A stretch of 64,000 nt of DNA from Octopus vulgaris (GCA_951406725.2 OX597814.1:142476001-142540000); one strand, 5' to 3'; positions 40,966 to 51,753 are shown, numbered from the stretch's first letter. Numbers and translations are program-made. The notes: generated by a model from the sequence alone, not told the origin.

Positions 40966-41559
40966 AATCGTTACCGCCATCCCGGACAAATTTTCTGACC
41001 GCGTTTCTTCCGGCTCCGTTAAGCTCTGAGTTCATATTCGGTCGATGTTAACTTTCAATTTTATCTTGTTGGGATTGATTAAATAAGTACAAGTCAAGTA
41101 TTTGAGTCGATATAATTGGCTAACCCACTTCCTTGAACATTGATAATTGTGTAATATATTTCCTACTATGTGATTTCGGCTTGTTCCATAAAAAGTTCAG
41201 TCATCGATTTTTAATATGTTAATTTGTTTATCAGCTACTTTCTCTAGCCGGCGGTGTCCTGCACAGCCGGCTAGAGAAGGGAAATTACCCAGAAGCCATT
41301 GCTCTATAGGTATCGATATGGCTAGGAAGGGAGCAGTAGAGTCGCTTGCTCACAGTATACGGACACAAATCATCTGTCGGTAGCCAGCTGGAAAAGATGT
41401 TTTTCTGGGGCTAAAATGTAGTAACATCGTCCTGCGTAGGATTGCGACTTAGACTGTTTTATATCACTGTGAAGCCTATGTTATAGTAGCTTGCCATTTC
41501 TGATGTCCTATATGTTGATGTGTCTAAATTCTATTGAATCCTATTATTCTGTGCGTGTG

Positions 41560-41640
<81 letters not shown>

Positions 41641-41802
41641 GTGTGTGTGATTGTGTATAGAAGAATATATTAATAAAAAGAATTCCAACCTTGTCTGATT
41701 TTCACGTTTTATTTACAATCTTATAATGATATATTATAAGATAATATATTATAATTGAATAAAATAAAATGAAATAGTAGAATGTTAAATATTCATTCTG
41801 AT

Positions 41803-41847
41803 TGAACTAGTACTTTCATGCATTGAATTCTGCAATCTTCGGGTTCA
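41803..41847 (-). ncRNA. pLTR hammerhead motif (copy 1)
   Basis: identical to 48019-48063. Confidence 0.72.
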
Positions 41848-42341
41848 TGTAGTAGTGTTGACAGTCATGCTTCACAATTTTTTACTGTAGCAAGATGAGT
41901 GATTCTGTGCTATAAATACAGCTGGGTAGGCTCCAGAGTGCTAGGTTTTGCAAACTGTATTCTGACCAATCAGTGTGTAGTATCACTCAATTACTTAAGC
42001 TGATTGGTTGGTTGAGCTGATTGGTTTAGGCATCACGCTTTGTTGGACAGGTCAAGAGTCCTGTATCTTGACCCTGGCCGAAGCAGCAATTGTTGGGTTA
42101 TTTTTAGAAATGTTGTAAATATCCTTTGTCAGAGATTTTTATATTTTTATATTTCAATTGTCATCATCATCATTGTCAGCACCTTAATTATTGTTGCTAG
42201 TGGTGATGGTGGTGGCAATAGAACTTTTAACCCTAAATAAGATAATTTTCCTGCTATCTTCGTCTTGATCACCTTTAGTATTGTTGTTGTTGTTAGTGGT
42301 CATGGTCGTAGCAGTGGAAGTAATACCTCTAAGTATTATTA

Positions 42342-44654
42342 TTATTGCTTATTTAGCTTGGGTTCGAATTTATCAATAAAATTCTTTTCTCTGATTTTCC
42401 TCTCGATTTCACTTGGGCTGTGTAATTTGTAGAATGGAAATATTATATATATTTTCCGACCACATGTTGCTAGGTGGTTACTCAAAGGTATCTGACGGAC
42501 CTCTGGGTCTCTAATCTGTTGCCGGTGTACACGTGAGCGTTCTAATAGTGCGTTTCCCGTCTGACCTACATATATTTCTTCACAATTTGGGCATTTGATG
42601 CAGTAAATTAAATTTCTGCTTTTGCAGTTCATATTCGCGTTTGTGAATATTTTCCCGGTTTTTGTGTTTATATATTGACCGGTATGTATGAATTGGCATG
42701 TGCCACATCGGCTATCATTGCATTTAGATACCGTGAATGTTTGGTCTTTGTTGCTGAGGTCAAATGTTGCCTTTGTTAGTAATGTTTTCAAGTTTTTAGG
42801 CTGTCTTTTACTAAGCACCATAGCTCGATCCTTGATTATGTCTTTTAATTCATTACTTTGGGCAATGATTGGAAGGTTTGCTTTGGCAATGTTGAAGATA
42901 TTCTGGTGACATGGGTTGTGTGTCACTATGAATGGTATGACTTGTTCTTGTTTTCCTCTTCCTTGGGTTGTCCTAAGTTGTTGTATAGGTATTTTTATAG
43001 CCCGCTGTATGCCATTTTCTATAAGTAGAGATGGGTATTTTTGTTTGAGCAAAAATTCTCTTAGTTCTATTAGGCGTTTGTTCCTGATATTTGCATCTTC
43101 TACAATAGTACAAATTCTTCTGGCTAGGCAGTATGGGATGTTACGTTTTGTATGTGGTGGATGGCACGACTTAAAATTTAGGTATTGATGTGTGTCTGTG
43201 TGTTTATAGTATATATCTGCGGTGATGGTGGTGTCTTTTTTAATTACCATTATATCCAGGAATGGTAATTTGGTACTACTCATCTCCTTTGTAAATTTGA
43301 GAGATGGGTGTAGGTTGTTCAGGAGGATATTGAACTCTTCCAGAGTATTTAGAGATTCTGTCCAGATTATGAAACAGTCGTCTAGGTATCTCTTCCATGC
43401 CTTTTCAATATACTTTCTAAATCCAGTGCCATAGTTTACCTCCACCTCTTGGTAGAGTTGTTCTTCTAAGTATCCCATTACAGAGTTGGCGTAAACGGGA
43501 GCAAACCTCGTTCCCATCGCCGTGCCTCTAATTTGGATGTAATTCTTTCCATTGAAGAAGAATGTGTTATTTTCTAGAATAAGTTTGACTGTGTCTAATA
43601 TAAATGGCACTGTGAATCTGCTGGGAATCACTTCTCTATGTTTTTCTAACCAGTATTTAATCGCCTTTATTCCTAAATCGTGTGGAATATTGGTGTAGAG
43701 GCTTACCACATCAAAACTTAGCAAAACTGAATTTGTTTCTGTTGTTTTGGGAAGATGGGACAGGAAGTCGATGTCATCCCTGATGAAACTTGGTATGTAA
43801 GTACATAGTGGTTTCAAAACAATGTCAATAAAATTGCTTAGACGGTGTGTAGGGCATGCTGGACCAGCTATAATAGGTCTAAGTTTTAGGTCTTTTGGAT
43901 GTAATAATTTTATGTACTCACTTTCTTGTTCTTTTACTGCCTGTTGAATGTTTTTTGATTTGTGTATTTTTGGTAAGCCGTAGAAGTTGCTGGGTTTTGG
44001 TTCAAAATTGGTGATGTAGTCTTTTTCATTATCCGTAAGTGAGTTGTGGTGTGTTGAAATCAGGTTGTTGATCTTTTTCATGATGTGGTGGTCTATATTT
44101 GCGGGTATTTCACAATAGAAGGTTGCATCCTTCAGTTGGTCTTCAACCAAATCCTTATAGTATTCGGTATCCATAATAACAATTGCACCACCTTTATCTG
44201 CTTGTTTAATTATTATTGTTTGATCGTTTTGTATACGTTTACATGCAGACATCTCTGATTTGCTAATGTTTGGCCTAACATTGGTATTGCGTCTAAGGGG
44301 AAATTTAGACAGGATATCAATGTATTGGTCAAGGTAGTTATTTCTTCCTTTTGGTGGGGTGAAATTTGATTTATTCCTTACTAGGGATTCATCAATCTCA
44401 TTACTTTTGTTAGCGAAGAATTCTACAAGTCGTAATTTTCGACAGAATTTTTGGATATCCTCCTTTAATTCTTGGTGGTTGGCTGTTGGTGTAGGTGTGA
44501 ATTTCAGTCCTTTTGACAGAAGTTGGATTTCATCATTGTCAAGATCTCTTTTTGATAAATTAATTATTTTAGGATCTATACGTTCAGTTGTTTGGGGTAT
44601 GTTTCCTCTTGGATTTTTTCTTTCTCCGGTGTTTGTTGTCCTGACGTAAAAAAA
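42342..44654 (-). CDS. PLE ORF2: reverse transcriptase + C-terminal GIY-YIG endonuclease (first Met at 44252; frame open back to ~44669)
   Basis: IINLSKRDL...LLSKGLKFTPTP, ADKGG, LRPIIAG, SFDVVSLYTNI, GTAMG, RYLDD, LPFLD, CNDSRCGTC, NLIYCIKCPNCEEIYVGQTG. Confidence 0.93.
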   Translation of the reverse strand, partial: FFYVRTTNTGERKNPRGNIPQTTERIDPKIINLSKRDLDNDEIQLLSKGLKFTPTPTANHQELKEDIQKFCRKLRLVEFFANKSNEIDESLVRNKSNFTPPKGRNNYLDQYIDILSKFPLRRNTNVRPNISKSEMSACKRIQNDQTIIIKQADKGGAIVIMDTEYYKDLVEDQLKDATFYCEIPANIDHHIMKKINNLISTHHNSLTDNEKDYITNFEPKPSNFYGLPKIHKSKNIQQAVKEQESEYIKLLHPKDLKLRPIIAGPACPTHRLSNFIDIVLKPLCTYIPSFIRDDIDFLSHLPKTTETNSVLLSFDVVSLYTNIPHDLGIKAIKYWLEKHREVIPSRFTVPFILDTVKLILENNTFFFNGKNYIQIRGTAMGTRFAPVYANSVMGYLEEQLYQEVEVNYGTGFRKYIEKAWKRYLDDCFIIWTESLNTLEEFNILLNNLHPSLKFTKEMSSTKLPFLDIMVIKKDTTITADIYYKHTDTHQYLNFKSCHPPHTKRNIPYCLARRICTIVEDANIRNKRLIELREFLLKQKYPSLLIENGIQRAIKIPIQQLRTTQGRGKQEQVIPFIVTHNPCHQNIFNIAKANLPIIAQSNELKDIIKDRAMVLSKRQPKNLKTLLTKATFDLSNKDQTFTVSKCNDSRCGTCQFIHTGQYINTKTGKIFTNANMNCKSRNLIYCIKCPNCEEIYVGQTGNALLERSRVHRQQIRDPEVRQIPLSNHLATCGRKIYIIFPFYKLHSPSEIERKIREKNFIDKFEPKLNKQ

Positions 44655-45868
44655 TGGATTTTTTTCTGGTTATGATTTATATTCCTGTTGATGTTTGCTT
44701 GATGAATTTTGCGTTTTGGTTGTGGTACTTTACTTGGTTTCGTTATGTTTTCTGTCTTGTTTTTGGTATTATGTATGCTACTTTTCAATTTCTTGTTAGC
44801 ATTGTTTTTAACCACCTGGAGAAATGATCTGGGTTTACTTCTAGATCTAGATCGGTTTTTTGTCCAGTTTCTTGTGGGTAATCTCTGTTGAGGTCTTGAA
44901 AATGATCTCCTGTTATTTCTACTGCTAATGGTCTGTTCAAAACAATATCTATTTTGTTTGTGCTTTTTGTTCATGTTGTGTGCATTAGGGTGTTTGCATA
45001 CAAAATGGGAAGAGTTCTTACCGTAGTTCGTCTTCGATTCGTGGTGAAACGGGTGTTCATGTTGCCACGTGTTCTGGTGTATGTTGCGTTGGTGAGGTTG
45101 TCCACTTTTAATGCTATTTCTCGGAGTTCTGGTGTCTTTACCGTAATTTGTAGCATATTTGTCGAGAAATAATTGTTTCCGCTGCCAAAACTTTCTTGAT
45201 CTGCTTTCTTCTTTTGAGATATCTCTGATCCATAGTTCTCGCATTTTTTCTGCTATATTGCCGGTCGTTAGTTTGGATATTTCATCTCTGATTTGATCAT
45301 CGATAGCTTCGTATTTGGCTTTGTAGCGGGATTGTTTAGACAGGGTAATGGAGATGTCGGTCCTGAATTTTATCAAACTAAGGTCCCATCGAAGTTTAGT
45401 TTCTTCCTCTGGTTCTCCTGCAATTTCTTTAATTAGGTACTTCCGAGGAAGTATGGGTGCCGCTAAAGATATCCATTTCGAATGTATTTCAGCATATTTT
45501 TCGCATTTATATGCCTTCCAGAAGTTTTGTTTTCTTATGTTAAGGAGTTTTTTCCATGTCTTCTGTATCTCTTCTCTTTTTCGGTGTGCCTCTTTTTCCA
45601 GATTTCTTTCGTTTATTTCTGACATCCAAGGAGGTTGTGGTAGGCTTTCTCTTGTAGATTTTATAATTGTTGGTATCATTTCAGCTAAATTCTTAATTTC
45701 AGAGTTTATGTGTTCATTTCCAAGTTTTCCGTCTGTAGACTGTTTTTCTATTTCCTTTAAAATAGAGGATTGTGTGTCAATCATCGTGATGAGTGTTGAT
45801 AATTTCGATGAAATTTCCATTAGAATTCTTTCGGATTCTGTTAATTTTGTTTGTTGCTTTCCAGACAT
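44576..45868 (-). CDS. PLE ORF1: 430-aa helical/coiled-coil-like protein with basic RS-rich C-terminus
   Basis: open from ATG (MSGKQQ, 45868) just downstream of the 5' pLTR; heptad-like N-terminus, RSRSRSKPR; overlaps ORF2, which is in the -1 frame. Confidence 0.8.
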   Translation of the reverse strand: MSGKQQTKLTESERILMEISSKLSTLITMIDTQSSILKEIEKQSTDGKLGNEHINSEIKNLAEMIPTIIKSTRESLPQPPWMSEINERNLEKEAHRKREEIQKTWKKLLNIRKQNFWKAYKCEKYAEIHSKWISLAAPILPRKYLIKEIAGEPEEETKLRWDLSLIKFRTDISITLSKQSRYKAKYEAIDDQIRDEISKLTTGNIAEKMRELWIRDISKEESRSRKFWQRKQLFLDKYATNYGKDTRTPRNSIKSGQPHQRNIHQNTWQHEHPFHHESKTNYGKNSSHFVCKHPNAHNMNKKHKQNRYCFEQTISSRNNRRSFSRPQQRLPTRNWTKNRSRSRSKPRSFLQVVKNNANKKLKSSIHNTKNKTENITKPSKVPQPKRKIHQANINRNINHNQKKIHFFTSGQQTPEKEKIQEETYPKQLNV

Positions 45869-46075
45869 GTTGGCATATACACAATAGGAATATAGATATA
45901 TATATATATATGGGTGTGTGTGATTGTGTATAGAAGAATATATTAATAAAAAGAATTCCAACCTTGTCTGATTTTCACGTTTTATTTACAATCTTATAAT
46001 GATATATTATAAGATAATATATTATAATTGAATAAAATAAAATGAAATAGTAGAATGTTAAATATTCATTCTGAT

Positions 46076-46120
46076 TGAACTAGTACTTTCATGCATTGAA
46101 TTCTGCAATCTTCGGGTTCA
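46076..46120 (-). ncRNA. pLTR hammerhead motif (copy 2)
   Basis: identical to 48019-48063. Confidence 0.72.
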
Positions 46121-47840
46121 TGTAGTAGTGTTGACAGTCATGCTTCACAATTTTTGACTGTAGCAAGATGAGTGATTCTGTGCTATAAATACAGCTGGGT
46201 AGGCTCCAGAGTGCTAGGTTTTGCAAACTGTATTCTGACCAATCAGTGTGTAGTATCACTCAATTACTTAAGCTGATTGGTTGGTTGAGCTGATTGGTTT
46301 AGGCATCACGCTTTGTTGGACAGGTCAAGAGTCCTGTACCTTGACCCTGGCCGAAGCAGCAATTGTTGGGTTATTTTTAGAAATGTTGTAAATATCCTTT
46401 GTCAGAGATTTTTATATTTTTATATTTCAATTGTCATCATCATCATTGTCAGCACCTTAATTATTGTTGCTAGTGGTGATGGTGGTGGCAATAGAACTTT
46501 TAACCCTAAATAAGATAATTTTCCTGCTATCTTCGTCTTGATCACCTTTAGTATTGTTGTTGTTGTTAGTGGTCATGGTCGTAGCAGTGGAAGTAATACC
46601 TCTAAGTATTATTATTATTGCTTATTTAGCTTGGGTTCGAATTTATCAATAAAATTCTTTTCTCTGATTTTCCTCTCGATTTCACTTGGGCTGTGTAATT
46701 TGTAGAATGGAAATATTATATATATTTTCCGACCACATGTTGCTAGGTGGTTACTCAAAGGTATCTGACGGACCTCTGGGTCTCTAATCTGTTGCCGGTG
46801 TACACGTGAGCGTTCTAATAGTGCGTTTCCCGTCTGACCTACATATATTTCTTCACAATTTGGGCATTTGATGCAGTAAATTAAATTTCTGCTTTTGCAG
46901 TTCATATTCGCGTTTGTGAATATTTTCCCGGTTTTTGTGTTTATATATTGACCGGTATGTATGAATTGGCATGTGCCACATCGGCTATCATTGCATTTAG
47001 ATACCGTGAATGTTTGGTCTTTGTTGCTGAGGTCAAATTTTGCCTTTGTTAGTAATGTTTTCAAGCCTAAAAACTTGAAAACATTACTAACAAAGGCAAA
47101 ATTTGACCTCAGCAACAAAGACCAAACATTCACGGTATCTAAATGCAATGATAGCCGATGTGGCACATGCCAATTCATACATACCGGTCAATATATAAAC
47201 ACAAAAACCGGGAAAATATTCACAAACGCGAATATGAACTGCAAAAGCAGAAATTTAATTTACTGCATCAAATGCCCAAATTGTGAAGAAATATATGTAG
47301 GTCAGACGGGAAACGCACTATTAGAACGCTCACGTGTACACCGGCAACAGATTAGAGACCCAGAGGTCCGTCAGATACCTTTGAGTAACCACCTAGCAAC
47401 ATGTGGTCGGAAAATATATATAATATTTCCATTCTACAAATTACACAGCCCAAGTGAAATCGAGAGGAAAATCAGAGAAAAGAATTTTATTGATAAATTC
47501 GAACCCAAGCTAAATAAGCAATAATAATAATACTTAGAGGTATTACTTCCACTGCTACGACCATGACCACTAACAACAACAACAATACTAAAGGTGATCA
47601 AGACGAAGATAGCAGGAAAATTATCTTATTTAGGGTTAAAAGTTCTATTGCCACCACCATCACCACTAGCAACAATAATTAAGGTGCTGACAATGATGAT
47701 GATGACAATTGAAATATAAAAATATAAAAATCTCTGACAAAGGATATTTACAACATTTCTAAAAATAACCCAACAATTGCTGCTTCGGCCAGGGTCAAGA
47801 TACAGGACTCTTGACCTGTCCAACAAAGCGTGATGCCTAA

Positions 47841-47985
47841 ACCAATCAGCTCAACCAACCAATCAGCTTAAGTAATTGAGTGATACTACACACTGATTGG
47901 TCAGAATACAGTTTGCAAAACCTAGCACTCTGGAGCCTACCCAGCTGTATTTATAGCACAGAATCACTCATCTTGCTACAGTCAA
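47841..47985 (+). promoter_or_regulatory. pLTR promoter-like region (also on minus at ~46154-46298 and ~41881-42025)
   Basis: two ccaatcag and one ctgattgg CCAAT boxes, TATTTATA at 47948-47955, cagt Inr-like motif ~30 nt downstream, just upstream of the hammerhead. Confidence 0.5.
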
Positions 47986-48018
47986 AAATTGTGAAGCATG
48001 ACTGTCAACACTACTACA

Positions 48019-48063
48019 TGAACCCGAAGATTGCAGAATTCAATGCATGAAAGTACTAGTTCA
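48019..48063 (+). ncRNA. pLTR hammerhead motif (copy 3, inverted arm; U4C variant)
   Basis: tgaac-CCGAAGA-ttgca gaattcaa tgcat-GAAA-gtac-TA-gttca. Confidence 0.72.
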
Positions 48064-48192
48064 ATCAGAATGAATATTTAACATTCTACTATTTCATTTT
48101 ATTTTATTCAATTATAATATATTATCTTATAATATATCATTATAAGATTGTAAATAAAACGTGAAAATCAGACAAGGTTGGAATTCTTTTTA

Positions 48193-48264
<72 letters not shown>

Positions 48265-48414
48265 TGTATGTATGTATGTATGTATGTATGTATATATATA
48301 TATATATATATATATAACGGGAAGCTTTATGAAAATAAACAAAAGACGAAGGCAGGTGGAAAACAAACGAACAATTGTATTAGTATGGCGCTCAGGAAAT
48401 ATAAATAAAACAAG

Positions 48415-48452
48415 TCTTTAACGTTTCGAGCCTACGCTATTCAACAGAAAGA
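48415..48452 (-). ncRNA. Degenerate minimal hammerhead-like motif
   Basis: tcttt-CTGTTGA-a-tagc gtag gctc-GAAA-cg-TT-aaaga (core A6 and one stem II base altered). Confidence 0.5.
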
Positions 48453-49302
48453 TACACAGAGAGAGAAAAACACAGAAAGAAGGAGAGAAAAAAAAATGCG
48501 TGCAGTAGCTAACGAATCAACATGGCGATCTGATTTCGGCCAGAGGTCAAAGATCAAACATGAGACGCGAGAGCGAAATAAGGGGAGATAATAGGGTTGA
48601 TAAAAGGGTTGAGGGACCAGCTAAAAGTGCGTGGGAGGGGTCTGGATGTGTGTATGTATAGGGTTGGTGTATGTATTAGTATGTATAAGGGTGTGTGTGT
48701 GTGTGTGTGTGTATGAGAGAGTATTAGTGCGTAGGATTGGTCTGGACGTGCGTATGTATGGGGTTGGTGTATGTATTAGTATGTATTAGTACGTATTGGT
48801 ATGTATAGGTGTGTGTGTGTGTGTGAGAGAGTATAAGTGCGTATGCGGGGTCTGGACGTGTGTATGTATAGGGTTGGTGTAAGTATTAGTATGTACTAGT
48901 ATGTATTAGTACGTATTAGTATGTATTAGTTGGTGTGTGTATTAGTATGGCACATCATATGTGATGTGATGTGTAAAGTCATGTGGTGTAGTGAGGAGAA
49001 GAGGGGGAGGGGGAGAAGGAGGGGAAGAGAAGGGGAGGGGAAGAAGAGGGGGAGGAGAAGGGGGAAGAGGAGAGGATGGGGGAGAAGGAGGGGGAGGAGG
49101 GGGAGGAAGGAGGAAGGGGATGAAGGAGGAAAGAGGGAGAGGGGGAGAGAGAAGGGGAGAGAGGGAGTGAGGGAGCAGAGGGAAGGGGAAGAGGGAGGGA
49201 GAAAGAGGGAAGAAGGGAAGGGGAGTAGGGGTGAAAGGATGAAGGACTGAAGAAGTAGGGGTCGGGGGGAGAAAGGATAGGTGAGGAGGGGGGAGAGGGG
49301 GT

Positions 49303-51068
49303 TAGATGAGGAGGGGGGAGAGTTGAGACCAAATGGCGTATAAGAGCGAAGAGAGAAGATTAATTCCTGTTCACGGCGCAAACGGGAATCCGGATGGCCT
49401 CTGTGTAAGGACAAACCGAACACAGATAGGTGTTGCAAGGAGTGACCGGTGGAGCGGAAATGGCGTGAGACCGGTGTGTCGTTCGCAAGGTGGATGTCAC
49501 GAAGGTGTTCCGCGAACCGGTCAGCCAAGCGGCGTCCCGTTTGTCCGATGTACAAGGAATTGCAGAGAGAGCAAGAGATGCAATAGATAATATTGCTGGA
49601 GGTGCAGGTGAAGGAGTGGATGATGGGATAGGGTCGATGGTGGGTGCTAGTGAGACGGGTGGTGTTGGAGAGGTAAGGGCAAGTGCGGCAACGTGGGCGG
49701 GAGCAGGGGAACGAGCCGGGTTGGGAGGTAGGGTCAGGGAAGGAGCTATGGACCAAAAGGTCTCGAAGGTTGTGGGCTCGTTTGAAAGAGGGGAGGGGTC
49801 GGTTAGGGAAGAGGTGTGAAGTGGACGGGTCGGACTGGAGATGACGGAAAGCTCGAAGAATGGTGCGTTGGAGACGTAGGGTCGCGGGGTGGTAAGTGAG
49901 GGGAAAAGGGAGGCGGGAGACTACAGGGCGGGTTCGGGGAGAGAGAGCAGATACACGGTCCACGGACCGTGCTCTGGCAAGGGCGGTGTGGATAGTGGTG
50001 AGGGGGTATCCACGTAGGGTGAAGTGGTGAGCCATACGTTGAGACTGAGTCTCAAAGTCATGGTTGTCACTACAGAGCCTACGTAGACGGAGGAATTGGG
50101 AATAGGGGATGGAAAGCTTGGTGTGTTCTGGGTGGGAGGAAGAGAAGTTGAGGTATGAGTGTGAGTCTGTGTGTTTGTAGTGAATGGAGGTGGTAAGAGT
50201 GGAGTGAAGAATGCTAACCGAAATGTCGAGGAAGGAGACAGAGGTGTTGGAGATAGTGGAAGTGAAGTGGAGGGCTGGATGGAAAGATTGGACGAAAGAG
50301 AGGAAGGAATCTAGATGTTCGCGGGAGAGTGAGGTGGAACCGATAATGTCGTCAATATAACGACCATATAGTTCAGGAGTGGGACCAGTGAAATTAGAGA
50401 ATATTTGAGCCTCAACATAGCCAACGAACAGGTTCGCATAGTTGGGGCCCATTCGCGTTCCCATGACCACTCCCGAGACCTGATGGTAGAACTCGCCCGC
50501 GAACGAGAAGCAGTTCAGAGTAAGGACAAGTTCGGCCAGACGAATGAGTGTGGAGGTGTCAGGTACAGGGTTAGAGCGGAGGTCAAGAAAGTGTCGAAGG
50601 GCCTGCAGTCCTTCGTGGTGAGGGATAACAGTATAGAGGCTTTGGATGTCCATAGTAAAAAGGATTTTGGAGGAGCCGGGAGGAAAGGAGAAAGAGTTGA
50701 AAAGCCGGAGAGCATGGTTGGTATCGTGGATGTGGGAGGGAAGAGATGCCACTAGGGGGCAAGGACACGGTCGAGGTATTTAGAGATGAGCTCCGTGGGG
50801 CAGTTACAGGCGGAGACGATGGGGCGGCCAGGGTTGTTGGGTTTGTGGATTTTGGGGAGGAAGTAAATGGTGGGGGTACGTGGGGTTCGCACAATTAGGT
50901 TGGATGCGGTGCGGGGGAGACGGGAGGACGAGATGAGGTCTTGGACAGTAGAGGATACCGTCTGTTGGTAGCTACGTGTGGGGTTAGAGGGCAGAGGGGA
51001 ATAGAAGGAGGTGTCATTGAGTTGGCGGAAAGCCTCGGTCCTATAGAGGTCCGCGCGCCACACCACTA
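49303..51068 (-). pseudogene. PLE RT + GIY-YIG endonuclease, truncated, frameshift at ~50755
   Basis: YFLPKIHKPNNPGRPIVS, MDIQSLYTVI, MGTRMGPNYAN, RYIDD, CSRPRCRTC, NIIYCISCSLCNSLYIGQTGRRLADRFAEH; adding one C to each of two C-runs restores the frame and a stop after GLNSPP. Confidence 0.9.
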
Positions 51069-51213
51069 CATATATATACACATATATATTGAGGGTATAA
51101 TCATTACTGATAGGCTTTCTCAATCGGTCTATAATCATTAAAATGATTATACCAGTGGTCAGCGTATAAAAACACCGTATCGGTAAATTGATACTTAAAT
51201 ATATAATTATAAA

Positions 51214-51692
51214 TATATAATTATAATTAAGGGCGCTGGAGAGCCAACGCCAATGCGCTAGAAGTAGATGTCAAATGTCTACAAACCACTCTAAATTGGT
51301 TTTACTTTTATGCACAAGACTAAATGCGAGGAAATGGACAAGAAGATTTATAAAATTTCGGACAACTCTATATCTTAAGATTTCGTGTTTCGTGTTAAGA
51401 TTTCGTGTTTCTACACTCTTCAGTAGAAATATACCGACAATATGTTTGCAGACAGATACCAATATATACATACATTTCCCACGTATACGCTATATCTAAT
51501 CTTCCATCTCAGCCATGTGGTTGTCACGAAATCTTAAGATATAGAGTTGTCCGAAATTTTATAAATCTTCTTGTCCATTTCCTCGCATCCAGCCTTGTGC
51601 AAAAACGGAGAACAAATTTAGAGTAGTTTGTAGGCATTTGACATCTACTTCTAGCGTATTGACATTGTCCCTCCAGCACCCTTAATTATGAT

Positions 51693-51700
<8 letters not shown>
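51214..51700. repeat. Diverged inverted repeat (~175-bp arms)
   Basis: 51214-51387 vs 51525-51700, e.g. gcgaggaaatggacaagaagatttataaaatttcggacaactctatatcttaagatttcgtg and its reverse complement. Confidence 0.85.

Positions 51701-51753
<53 letters not shown>

Larger units (their letters stand above)
41639..48201 (-). mobile_element. Near-intact Penelope-like element (Naiad/Neptune-type) with partial tandem and inverted pLTRs
   Basis: 41639-42792 repeated at 45912-47065 (offset 4273) and inverted at 47074-48201; RT + GIY-YIG ORF; (TA)n at both ends and at the internal junction. Confidence 0.95.
48316..51068 (-). mobile_element. Second Penelope-like element, 5'-truncated
   Basis: RT/GIY-YIG coding region, pyrimidine-rich 3' region, ~105-bp tandem units at 48625-48940, hammerhead-like motif, (TA)n flanks. 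Confidence 0.93.

Noticed and set aside
42342-45868. Selenocysteine (UGA) recoding, reported for some Naiad PLEs
   Set aside because: Neither ORF contains an in-frame TGA; ORF1 ends in TAG and ORF2 in TAA
45869-45961. N-terminal 31 aa of the 461-aa ORF call
   Set aside because: Starts at a non-ATG codon inside the pLTR/(TA)n junction; the first ATG is at 45868
48926-49302. Pro/Leu/Ser-rich C-terminal extension of the 608-aa ORF
   Set aside because: Read-through into the pyrimidine tract after a 1-nt deletion in a C-run; restoring it gives a stop at ~49303
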